This document shows positions 1 to 7,499 of a DNA stretch of 32,000 bases, piece after piece. The translations under genes were made by a program, and so were the position numbers. Below the pieces are notes generated by a model. That model was given only the letters and a program-made list of their open reading frames with translations. It ran no database searches and was not told where the DNA came from. The stretch is from Candidatus Nanosynbacter lyticus (GTDB lineage: Bacteria > Patescibacteriota > Saccharimonadia > Saccharimonadales > Saccharimonadaceae). Position 1 is the first letter of the stretch; the number at the start of each line of letters is the position of its first letter. Location: contig NZ_CP007496.1 of assembly GCF_000803625.1 (NCBI RefSeq), positions 390,001-422,000 of the forward strand, written 5' to 3'.

Positions 1-152
1 CGCGATATCTCGTCATATTCCTGTTTATAAAAATTAAAGCCTAGCGTAAAATCTAAGCTGGCTTCTGATACGTTTTTTGGATTAAACGGCGTACAGACAA
101 TTGTCCCATCGTCAATTGCCGCCAATATATCTTTATTTGAATACACGCTCAC
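1..152 (-). CDS. dcd: dCTP deaminase-like protein, N-terminal part (runs off the window start)
   Basis: Manual minus-strand translation from GTG at 152: (V/M)SVYSNKDILAAIDDGTIVCTPFNPKNVSEASLDFTLGFNFYKQEYDEIS; resembles the Dcd N-terminus (PF..xxxxSLDFTLG). GGGAGGTG SD upstream. Sits beside folA/thyA. Confidence 0.6.
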   Translation of the reverse strand, partial: MSVYSNKDILAAIDDGTIVCTPFNPKNVSEASLDFTLGFNFYKQEYDEIS

Positions 153-256
153 TAAACACCTCCCATTGCGTGATTTTTCTACCAAATCTCATTATGGCAA
201 GTTTCCGCATTTCCATCAAGCTTTCCGTAAATTTTACATCATGATAGACTACAATT

Positions 257-760
257 ATGGAGAAAGCTATAATCGTTGCCTATGATAAAAATCGTGCTAT
301 TGGACGAAACGGTGATTTGCCTTGGGGCCGGAGCTTACCAGCAGATTTGGCGCATTTTAAGAAGCTAACCAAAGGCGGCAATGTCATTATGGGCCGAAAA
401 ACTTTTGAATCAATCGGCAGCCGTCCGCTACCAGACCGCGAGAACATCGTTATTTCCTCGCGGCCCACTGGCGTTAAGAAAGTGTTAACAGCCATGAATT
501 TACAGAGCGCCTTAGCTTTGTCACGCTACCCGACTTTCATTATCGGCGGCTCGCAGGTTTATAAAGATGCACTAGACACCCCAGAAATTGATACTATTTA
601 CACCACTGAGGTGGACGCTGCATTTTCAGACGCTGACACCTTTTTCCCAGAGATAGACATGACCGTTTGGGAAGAGGTTGACCGTGTCTACCACCCAGCA
701 GATGAAGCCAATGCCTACGCTTTTGACTTTGTGATCTACCGGCGAAAACCCGCGGCATGA
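257..760 (+). CDS. folA: Dihydrofolate reductase
   Basis: MEKAIIVAYDKNRAIGRNGDLPWG...VIMGRKTFESIG...FIIGGSQVY are typical DHFR motifs. Confidence 0.97.
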   Translation: MEKAIIVAYDKNRAIGRNGDLPWGRSLPADLAHFKKLTKGGNVIMGRKTFESIGSRPLPDRENIVISSRPTGVKKVLTAMNLQSALALSRYPTFIIGGSQVYKDALDTPEIDTIYTTEVDAAFSDADTFFPEIDMTVWEEVDRVYHPADEANAYAFDFVIYRRKPAA

Positions 761-765
761 CAGTT

Positions 766-1755
766 TTACACCGCAATCGGCGCCTTAATCGGCGGGTGAT
801 GCTCGTAGTCCTCCAGGCGGATATCGTCAATGGTGAAGTAATCAATATTCTTAACATCTGGATTCAGCCACAGCTTTGGCAGCGGCAGCGGACGGCGCGA
901 CAATTGCTCATCGACCTGCGCGCTGTGATTATTATAAATATGCGCACTATTTAGCGTATGGATGAATTCGCCAGGCTGTTTATCAGTTACTTGAGCGATC
1001 ATCGACAGTAGCAGAGCGTAACTGGCGATATTAAACGGTACGCCGAGGAACATGTCCGCCGAACGCTGGGTTAACGCCAGATCCAGCTTATCCTTCTCAC
1101 CGTTTCTGCCTGGCCGCACATTAAATTGGAACATAGTATGACATGGCGGCAGTCCGCCCGACCGCACAATGTCGTCAATTTCCGCCACGTTCCAGGCGCT
1201 GACAATGTTGCGCCGCGACGTCGGATTATGTTTTATCATGTCGATGGCGTTTTGGATTTGGTCAATCGTCCTGCCCTTGCCGTCCGGCCATTTCCGCCAC
1301 TGCACGCCGTAGACTGGTCCCAAGTTACCCCACTTCTCAGCAAACGCGTGATCCGTCGCAATCTTATCAATAAATCCCTTCATTCCAGCGCGCCACTCGT
1401 CGCCGTTAATTTCTGGTATTTTCTGACCAGTTTTTTCTAGGTAATTTTTATATGGCCACTCATCCCAAATATGAACGCCGTTTTGCGCCAAATATTCAAT
1501 ATTGCCCGTACCCTTAAGAAACCATAAAAGCTCATGAGCGACGCTTTTGAAATATAACTTCTTCGTGGTCATAGCCGGAAATCCGTCCGCCAAATCATAC
1601 CGCGTCTGCACGCCAAACACTTCCGTAGTACCCGTGCCAGTGCGGTCGCCTTTTTTTACGCCGCTGTCACGGACATGCTGTAACGCGTCTAAATATTGCC
1701 TCATACCTCCTCCTTGCCTTTTCTCAATTATGACAATACGCGAGCATAACCGCAA
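766..1755 (-). CDS. thyA: Thymidylate synthase
   Basis: [49 protein letters not shown] motifs; GGAGG SD upstream. Confidence 0.98.
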   Translation of the reverse strand: MRLCSRIVIIEKRQGGGMRQYLDALQHVRDSGVKKGDRTGTGTTEVFGVQTRYDLADGFPAMTTKKLYFKSVAHELLWFLKGTGNIEYLAQNGVHIWDEWPYKNYLEKTGQKIPEINGDEWRAGMKGFIDKIATDHAFAEKWGNLGPVYGVQWRKWPDGKGRTIDQIQNAIDMIKHNPTSRRNIVSAWNVAEIDDIVRSGGLPPCHTMFQFNVRPGRNGEKDKLDLALTQRSADMFLGVPFNIASYALLLSMIAQVTDKQPGEFIHTLNSAHIYNNHSAQVDEQLSRRPLPLPKLWLNPDVKNIDYFTIDDIRLEDYEHHPPIKAPIAV

Positions 1756-1788
1756 GCAAAACCAGCGGTATTTTTGACAACAAAAAGA

Positions 1789-2388
1789 CTATGATAGCTT
1801 ACTTAAAACCTTATCAACCAACCCGTACTTTACCGCTTCCTGAGGACTCATCCAGTAGTCGCGTTCCATGTCGGTTTTGACTTTAGCGAGTTTCTGGCCG
1901 GTGTTTTTGGCCATGATTTTCGCCAGCATCTCCTTCACTTCCAGCGTTTCTTTCAGGTCAATTTCCATGTCGGTCACCTTGCCGCGCGTGCCAGAGGAAG
2001 GCTGATGAATCATCACCTTGGCGTGCGGCAAACAAAACCGCTTGCCTTTGGCGCCAGAACTGAGCAAAAATGCACCCATACTAGCCTGCAGACCGATACC
2101 ATAGGTCGCTACGTCCGGCTTGATAAAATTCATAGTGTCATAAATCGCCATGCCATCATAGACGCTGCCGCCCGGACTATTGATATAGAGCGAGATGTCC
2201 GCCTCCGGATCAACGTACGCCAGATGCAGTAACTGCGCCACCACACTGTTGGCAGTATGTTCATTAACCTCCTCGCCAAGGAAAATAATCCGCTCATTCA
2301 GCAAACGTGAATAAATATCAAACGCCCGCTCACCATCAGCCGACTTCTCGATCACTGTAGGAATAAGATAAGATTTGGGCGAGTTCAT
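1789..2388 (-). CDS. clpP: ATP-dependent Clp protease proteolytic subunit
   Basis: [27 protein letters not shown], [11 protein letters not shown], MIHQPSSG motifs. Confidence 0.97.
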   Translation of the reverse strand: MNSPKSYLIPTVIEKSADGERAFDIYSRLLNERIIFLGEEVNEHTANSVVAQLLHLAYVDPEADISLYINSPGGSVYDGMAIYDTMNFIKPDVATYGIGLQASMGAFLLSSGAKGKRFCLPHAKVMIHQPSSGTRGKVTDMEIDLKETLEVKEMLAKIMAKNTGQKLAKVKTDMERDYWMSPQEAVKYGLVDKVLSKLS

Positions 2389-2389
2389 A

Positions 2390-3679
2390 CTATTTCGCCG
2401 TGTTTAATTCCATCAATTTAGCGACAGTTTTATCGGTAATCATTCGATTGGCGATATCACGGTGAACATTTGGATTATCAAACTGCTCCAACATTTTCTT
2501 ATCTTTACCGTATTGCTGCTTAAAGAAGTCAATCTGCTTCTGAATCTCATCGCGAGAAGCCTCAATCTTCAATTCTTTTGACAATTCTGCCAACACCAGA
2601 CCAGCCTTAACGCGCTTTTCCGCAGCTGGACGAGCTTCTTTCTTTGTCCACTCGTCTTTGTCCTTAAAGCCCTGAGTCTTCAAGTAGCTATCCAGGCTCA
2701 GTCCGCTGTACATCAAATTCTGCGTCAAATCACGCTCAATTGACCGCAATTGATCTTCAACCAAAAGCTCCGGTAGCGACACCTTACTCTTCTCCGCCAA
2801 TTCACTGACTAGCGCGTCCTTAAACTTCTCGTCAGCTTCACGATCTTTTTGCATGGTCAGCTCGCGCTTGATGTCTGCTTTCACTTCCTTCATCTCTGTA
2901 AAAGGACCACACTTTGCCGCAAATTCATCATTCAGCTCTGGCAATTTCAGCTCGTTAACTTTATGGATTTTTACAGTAAAGACAACGTCTTGACCGGCCA
3001 AATTATCAGCGTGATAATCTTCTGGGAATTTCAATTTCAGGTCAAACTCCTCACCGGCTTTGTGACCAATCACACCCTCTTCAAAACCTGGAATAAATTG
3101 ACCATCACCAAGCTTCAGGCCATATTCCTTCGCAGAGCCACCCTCAAATGCCACGCCGTCTTTTTTACCAGTAAAGTCAATCACTGCTTCATCGCCAGCT
3201 TTAGCTGCACGCTTTACTTCTGACTTTTCAGAATAATTTTTACGAATTCGCTCAATGACGTCATCGACTTCTTTATCTTCAACCTTAGCTACTTCTTTTT
3301 TAGCTTTTAGCTTTTTATAATCACCCAGCTTCACTGGCGGGATAATCTCAACTTCAGCCGTAAATTCTAATTCAGCACCCGGCACAAATTTCTTAACCTC
3401 AACACTTGGGCGGTCCAAGGCCTGAAATTTTTCCTGTAAAAATGCTTCAGCCACCGCTTTTGATAAAGCATTTTCTAAAACTTGCTCCTGCAACGCGTTA
3501 GGGTCTACGTGCTTAGCGGCCACGCTTACCGGAACTTTGCCTTTACGGAATCCTGGAACCTTAATGTCACGGGCCAACTTCGTCAGAGAAACTTGCTCGG
3601 CATCAGCTAATTCACTCGTACCCAGAGAAATTGTCAATTGAACTTTAGTATCTGATAATTTTTTTACAGTCGTCTTCAT
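2390..3679 (-). CDS. tig: Trigger factor
   Basis: Trigger factor architecture with central FKBP-like segment ([20 protein letters not shown]...[28 protein letters not shown]); adjacent to clpP. Confidence 0.95.
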   Translation of the reverse strand: MKTTVKKLSDTKVQLTISLGTSELADAEQVSLTKLARDIKVPGFRKGKVPVSVAAKHVDPNALQEQVLENALSKAVAEAFLQEKFQALDRPSVEVKKFVPGAELEFTAEVEIIPPVKLGDYKKLKAKKEVAKVEDKEVDDVIERIRKNYSEKSEVKRAAKAGDEAVIDFTGKKDGVAFEGGSAKEYGLKLGDGQFIPGFEEGVIGHKAGEEFDLKLKFPEDYHADNLAGQDVVFTVKIHKVNELKLPELNDEFAAKCGPFTEMKEVKADIKRELTMQKDREADEKFKDALVSELAEKSKVSLPELLVEDQLRSIERDLTQNLMYSGLSLDSYLKTQGFKDKDEWTKKEARPAAEKRVKAGLVLAELSKELKIEASRDEIQKQIDFFKQQYGKDKKMLEQFDNPNVHRDIANRMITDKTVAKLMELNTAK

Positions 3680-3705
3680 AAAGACTAATTATAACAGATA
3701 TCAGA

Positions 3706-5040
3706 TTAGAGCTCAAACAGCGCATCTTCGTCGCCATCATATCGACGGTCTTTGACAATTGTCACAATCCGCTCAGCGCCAACTTTCTGCTCATCAGACT
3801 CCACCAAATTGCGAACCGTATACGCGCCGCTAGCAATTTCTTCCTCACCCACAAACACGGCAAAAGGAATCTGTTTTTTCAGCGCCGCTTTTATCTGCTT
3901 GTCAATTTTTCGCCCGGTAATGTCCAGTTCTGCTCGCACGCCTTCGTTGCGTAATTTTCGCGCCAAATCATCCGCGCCCACTAATGACTCCTTAGATACC
4001 GGAATTATATAGACATCTGTCTTAGATTTTAATTTAGGCAATAAATCGTGAACCTCTAAGAACTGCTGCATAGTCGTGGCACCCATTCCAACCCCGACCG
4101 TTGAAATCGGCTCAACACCAAATAGACCAACCAAACCATCGTATCGTCCACCGCCAAACAGCGCTCGATTATTCTCCGGCGAATTATCAAACAACTCAAA
4201 CACCATACCAGTGTAATAATCCAAACCGCGCATCAGCGTGACGTCAAACACCGCATTTTCAATACCTTTTTGACAAAGCAGTTTCATTACTTCACGTAGC
4301 TGCTTAACGCTGTCGTCATTGGCTAGCTCGCTTGGCAAATCATCAACCGACTTCATACTAATCATCTTCGCCAACTTCGGTAGCCCCTCTGATGCTTGTG
4401 TGCCAAAAATCTCAATTGCCTGACGCTTAAATTCTTCAGCGGGAATCTTATTTTTCCTATCCAGCAGCTTCATCATCATTGTCGATCCAACAATATCTAG
4501 TTTTAGGAATTGGCTCATCAACCGATTTATCAATTGGCGATTATTTACTCTGACCGTGAACATTTCTTGCTTGGCGCCAAAGTTCATCACACTAGCGTGA
4601 CTTAGCTCAATAATCTCCGCATCCGCTGCCGCGCCATCCACACCAAACAAATCCGCATTCAATTGCCAGAACTCGCGTTCACGCCCCCGCTGCGGCCGCT
4701 CATAACGCATAAAATTAGCAATAGAATACAGCCTAGCTGGCATGGCTAGTTCTTGACGCTTAGCTGCCACCATTCGAGAAATCGACGGCGTCATCTCTGG
4801 GCGAATCGCCACCATTCGACCGCCACGATCCTCAAAGGCATAAGTTTGCTCACCCGCCAGCTCTTGGCCTGACTTTGCAAGATAAATATCTAACGGCTCC
4901 AATAGCGGCGCGCCGTATTCTTCGTAACCAAAACTCTCCACCGTCTTGTGCCAAACGTTGAAAATGTAATTCTGCAGACGCTTTTCCTCTGGAAAATAGT
5001 CCCGTGAACCTTTGTAATTCTGTGTTGATAAACTGCTCAT
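3706..5040 (-). CDS. hisS: Histidyl-tRNA synthetase
   Basis: GSRDYFPEEKRL, RPEMTPSISRM, YERPQRGREREFWQLNADLFG, GLDYYTG, GGGRYDGL motifs; SD tGGAG upstream. Confidence 0.97.
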   Translation of the reverse strand: MSSLSTQNYKGSRDYFPEEKRLQNYIFNVWHKTVESFGYEEYGAPLLEPLDIYLAKSGQELAGEQTYAFEDRGGRMVAIRPEMTPSISRMVAAKRQELAMPARLYSIANFMRYERPQRGREREFWQLNADLFGVDGAAADAEIIELSHASVMNFGAKQEMFTVRVNNRQLINRLMSQFLKLDIVGSTMMMKLLDRKNKIPAEEFKRQAIEIFGTQASEGLPKLAKMISMKSVDDLPSELANDDSVKQLREVMKLLCQKGIENAVFDVTLMRGLDYYTGMVFELFDNSPENNRALFGGGRYDGLVGLFGVEPISTVGVGMGATTMQQFLEVHDLLPKLKSKTDVYIIPVSKESLVGADDLARKLRNEGVRAELDITGRKIDKQIKAALKKQIPFAVFVGEEEIASGAYTVRNLVESDEQKVGAERIVTIVKDRRYDGDEDALFEL

Positions 5041-5080
5041 GTTAGCTCCATTATGTCATTATTTCTTATTTATAGCAATC

Positions 5081-5105
5081 AAAAACGCCGAGGCAGAACT
5101 CGGCG
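5081..5105 (-). terminator. Intrinsic terminator in the hisS leader
   Basis: 7-bp GC-rich stem CGCCGAG/CTCGGCG, 6-nt loop, T5 tract, located in the 5'UTR about 40 nt before the hisS ATG. Confidence 0.85.
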
Positions 5106-5139
5106 CGTACAATCAAAAATCAGAGTCCTACCTCGGCAA
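5081..5139 (-). promoter_or_regulatory. hisS leader attenuator: antiterminator and terminator mutually exclusive hairpins
   Basis: Minus strand: arm A 5137..5123 GCCGAGGTAGGACTC pairs with arm B 5101..5087 GAGTTCTGCCTCGGC (15 bp, 2 G.U, plus an extra outer U.G at 5138/5086). Arm B overlaps both arms of the terminator CGCCGAG-TTCTGC-CTCGGCG-TTTTT (5105..5081). Confidence 0.85.
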
Positions 5140-5172
5140 CACGTGTGAATGATGGAATTTAGGTAAAATCAT
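5128..5172 (-). CDS. Histidine leader peptide MILPKFHHSHVLPR controlling hisS
   Basis: Minus strand ATG ATT TTA CCT AAA TTC CAT CAT TCA CAC GTG TTG CCG AGG TAG; 3 His in 14 codons, immediately before the antiterminator arm, stop codon inside the arm, canonical promoter just upstream. Confidence 0.8.
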   Translation of the reverse strand: MILPKFHHSHVLPR

Positions 5173-5178
5173 ATGTCT

Positions 5179-5207
5179 ATTATAGTAAATTTCATGCTTT
5201 TTGTAAA
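5179..5207 (-). promoter_or_regulatory. hisS promoter
   Basis: TTTACA (5207..5202) - 17 nt - TATAAT (5184..5179), 6 nt before the leader-peptide ATG. Confidence 0.85.
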
Positions 5208-5305
5208 TACCTGTTGACAGCAAACCCAATAATTGATATATGGTATATATTAGCTTTTTGCGTAATTCTGCGCATTGAGCAGGCACTAGTAGAAAGGTGT
5301 AGTCT

Positions 5306-5530
5306 ATGAGCGGCTACCAGGATGGCGAGCGTTGGATCGACCCGGATGGGACCTCCCACACCGTCAACTCGACCAACGATCCCAACGTTCCGGGCGGATA
5401 CTACTACAACCAGCACGGACCCACTGGGGATGGCTCTATCGGGCATGCGACGGAGGTCTACAACGCCGACGGCACGCTCGCAGATATCCCTCAGAACCGT
5501 GACTGGCGGGATGTGCCCCGCCAGGATTAG
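5306..5530 (+). CDS. Small Asp/Gly/Asn-rich hypothetical protein (74 aa)
   Basis: AAAGGTG (5293-5299) SD 6 nt before ATG; TTGACA at 5214. Overlapping ORF 5322..5546 lacks comparable support. Confidence 0.55.
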   Translation: MSGYQDGERWIDPDGTSHTVNSTNDPNVPGGYYYNQHGPTGDGSIGHATEVYNADGTLADIPQNRDWRDVPRQD

Positions 5531-5584
5531 GGCTAGTCTAATCTAGTCACTACTTCGCAGACCTAAGCATGTCTGCCCTTGCCT

Positions 5585-5613
5585 TTGGCATAAACCAAAA
5601 ACTGCTCTATACT
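5585..5613 (+). promoter_or_regulatory. Promoter of the pentapeptide-repeat-like gene
   Basis: TTGGCA (5585-5590) - 17 nt - TATACT (5608-5613), 6 nt before ATG 5620. Confidence 0.75.
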
Positions 5614-5619
5614 TGTATT

Positions 5620-6048
5620 ATGAGAGCTACTAATAAAATCACCGCCGCCATTCGCGCCAATGATTTGCCAACTTACCAACGCGAGCGCTATCCCGCCATT
5701 CAAGAAGGCGAGTTTGTTCGCTTTACGGATGAGGATTTACATGGCGTTGATTTCGACCAGTTTGTCATGGGCTTTTTCGTGTTTCAGAATTGTAATCTGG
5801 ACGACGCAAAGCACATCTACGGGCAACCGATTTATTTTACCAATTCGTCAGTTCGGAATGTGGATTTTCGCGGTGTAAAAGCTATTATTGAAGCGGAGGA
5901 CTGCGACTTCCGTGGTATGAAATATGACGAGGAAACGCAATTTGTCTATGGCAGTGGGAAATTAGCAACACGATCACGTTTCATAAATTGCAAATTAGAT
6001 GATGAAACTCGTGACTTTTTAAGACAACAAGGCGCAGAAATCAACTAG
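5620..6048 (+). CDS. Pentapeptide-repeat-like protein (start corrected from 5569)
   Basis: FTDEDLHGVDFDQF...NCNLDDAKHIYG...NSSVRNVDFRGV...CDFRG...RFINCKLDD; the track start 5569 would place the promoter inside the coding sequence. Confidence 0.7.
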   Translation: MRATNKITAAIRANDLPTYQRERYPAIQEGEFVRFTDEDLHGVDFDQFVMGFFVFQNCNLDDAKHIYGQPIYFTNSSVRNVDFRGVKAIIEAEDCDFRGMKYDEETQFVYGSGKLATRSRFINCKLDDETRDFLRQQGAEIN

Positions 6049-6581
6049 TTATTTTCCGCCAGCACATTCTGCTGCAGCCAACAATACATAGCCACAGTAG
6101 CCGCCGCGCCAACGTTTATGGAGCGAGTCGAGCCGAATTGCTCAATCGCCACAATTTGATCCGCAGCGTTCGCTAATTCCGCAGAAATCCCCGGCCCTTC
6201 TTGCCCAAATACCAAAACCGCGTGCTTTGGTAGCGACATTTGCGACATATTCACACTACCCTCGATATTATCAATCGCGATAATTTTCCTGCCTTCATTA
6301 CGCATTTTTTCAACAAACTCTTCCGTCGTCGCCAGATACGTAATGTGAAGATATTTATCCGTCATCATGGCACCACGCTTATTCCACTGCCTGCGCCCAA
6401 TCACATAAATCTGCCGCACGCCAAACGCATTAGCGCTCCTGACAATTGTCCCCATATTAAAGTCCCGCTCGGTGTTCTCCAGAGCAATCACCAAGCCGTG
6501 ATCCTTGGCGTCCAGATCTTTCATAATCTCTGCCTCGCTTCGACCCTTAAACTTATCAATTACATTTCTTTTATCTTCCAT
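6045..6581 (-). CDS. TrmH/SpoU-family RNA methyltransferase
   Basis: ENTERDFNMGTIVRSANAFGV, LVFGQEGPGIS, IEQFGSTRSINVGAAATVAMY are the SPOUT motifs 1-3. Confidence 0.93.
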   Translation of the reverse strand: MEDKRNVIDKFKGRSEAEIMKDLDAKDHGLVIALENTERDFNMGTIVRSANAFGVRQIYVIGRRQWNKRGAMMTDKYLHITYLATTEEFVEKMRNEGRKIIAIDNIEGSVNMSQMSLPKHAVLVFGQEGPGISAELANAADQIVAIEQFGSTRSINVGAAATVAMYCWLQQNVLAENN

Positions 6582-6633
6582 CTCTGTTATTTTAGCAAAA
6601 ATACTAAATAAAGGGTAAAATCCAGTAATTCTA

Positions 6634-6662
6634 TTGACTTTTTAAAACAAGTATGGTATAAA
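6634..6662 (+). promoter_or_regulatory. Promoter
   Basis: TTGACT (6634-6639) - 17 nt - TATAAA (6657-6662). Confidence 0.75.
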
Positions 6663-6728
6663 TAAAGACAGCTTTCGTTGATAAGTTGAGCAAATCCTTG
6701 TCCGAAAGTGAACATTGACAGGCAATCG

Positions 6729-6794
6729 AATACAAGATGAGTTTTTATTTCTTTTTTAAGAATCGTTGAGAGAAATGAAATCTCATCTTGTATT
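6729..6794 (+). other. Long leader hairpin
   Basis: AATACAAGATGAGTTTTTATTTC (6729-6751) pairs with GAAATGAAATCTCATCTTGTATT (6772-6794): 23-bp stem with one T/T mismatch and one G.U. Confidence 0.85.
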
Positions 6795-6850
6795 GTTAAA
6801 GAACAATACGTCGCAATTCCGCCGATGAGAAATCACGAAAAGAGAAAGAC

Positions 6851-7252
6851 ATGCGCTATGACAAGTACATGGAAAGCCTTACGGGCAAAATCTCTGAAAT
6901 TGACACTCTCTGGAAAGAACTGTGTCTCATCGTCCTGAAAGACGAAAATTGTTCCACGGTAGAAGATTTCGTGGGCATCCTTGTATTCGACTTGCAAGCA
7001 GATGCATTCGAAGAGTCTATAAGAGATCTGAAGAGATTCAATGAGAACAAGATCGGCACCAAGAAGACAGGAGAGGCGATACTCGACATAGTCGTCTCCG
7101 CGGCATACGCGATTACCCAGATCAAGATTGAACCCGTCAAATTCTTCTCAGACAAAGAGAAATGCGATTGGGTCATACTCTTCGCAGATGAAATCCGCAA
7201 ATCTCTCTTTGAGATCATGGTAGACTCTCAGAATCTCTTTATGGAGTCGTGA
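6851..7252 (+). CDS. Hypothetical protein, 133 aa
   Basis: Open frame downstream of a strong promoter and structured leader, followed by a 20-bp hairpin; no family recognised. Confidence 0.6.
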   Translation: MRYDKYMESLTGKISEIDTLWKELCLIVLKDENCSTVEDFVGILVFDLQADAFEESIRDLKRFNENKIGTKKTGEAILDIVVSAAYAITQIKIEPVKFFSDKEKCDWVILFADEIRKSLFEIMVDSQNLFMES

Positions 7253-7256
7253 CGAT

Positions 7257-7302
7257 TCTACATGGCAGGTGATTGTTCCTTCACGATTGCCTGTCATGTA
7301 GA
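7257..7302 (+). other. 20-bp hairpin downstream of ORF 6851..7252
   Basis: TCTACATGGCAGGTGATTGT - TCCTTC - ACGATTGCCTGTCATGTAGA, fully paired when G.U is allowed; no clear T tract. Confidence 0.8.
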
Positions 7303-7321
7303 CCCTGAATTTAAGTTATTA

Positions 7322-7348
7322 AAAATCACCCATTTCCAGGGTGATTTT
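7322..7348 (-). terminator. Intrinsic terminator after tRNA-Leu(CAG)
   Basis: AAAATCACCC/GGGTGATTTT with 7-nt loop and T tract. Confidence 0.8.
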
Positions 7349-7374
7349 CTTATGGTGAAAAATTTCAATTCTGG

Positions 7375-7458
7375 TGCGGATGAAAGGACTTGAACCTTCA
7401 CGTACTTGCGTACACTAGCACCTGAAGCTAGCGCGTCTACCAATTCCGCCACATCCGC
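7375..7458 (-). tRNA. tRNA-Leu(CAG)
   Basis: GCGGATGTGGCGGAATTGGTAGACGCGCTAGCTTCAGGTGCTAG...GGTTCAAGTCCTTTCATCCGCA + CCA (7374..7372); anticodon stem CTAGC/GCTAG, loop TTCAGGT. Confidence 0.95.
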
Positions 7459-7499
7459 ATGTGGGCTACGCGTTATTATAGCCCAAATTTAACCTCATA

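Noticed and set aside
1547-1777. Numerous track ORFs antisense to core genes (e.g. 1547..1777, 2849..3223, 18843..19286, 27502..27774)
   Set aside because: They lie opposite strongly supported genes, have no recognisable domains, and look like shadow ORFs.
5081-5172. T-box riboswitch controlling hisS
   Set aside because: The region is too short and lacks a recognisable T-box consensus or specifier stem; the His leader peptide and alternative stems explain the terminator better.
5322-5546. 74-aa ORF MASVGSTRMGPPTP...
   Set aside because: Overlaps 5306..5530 in another frame without an SD at comparable spacing; low-complexity translation suggests a shadow frame.
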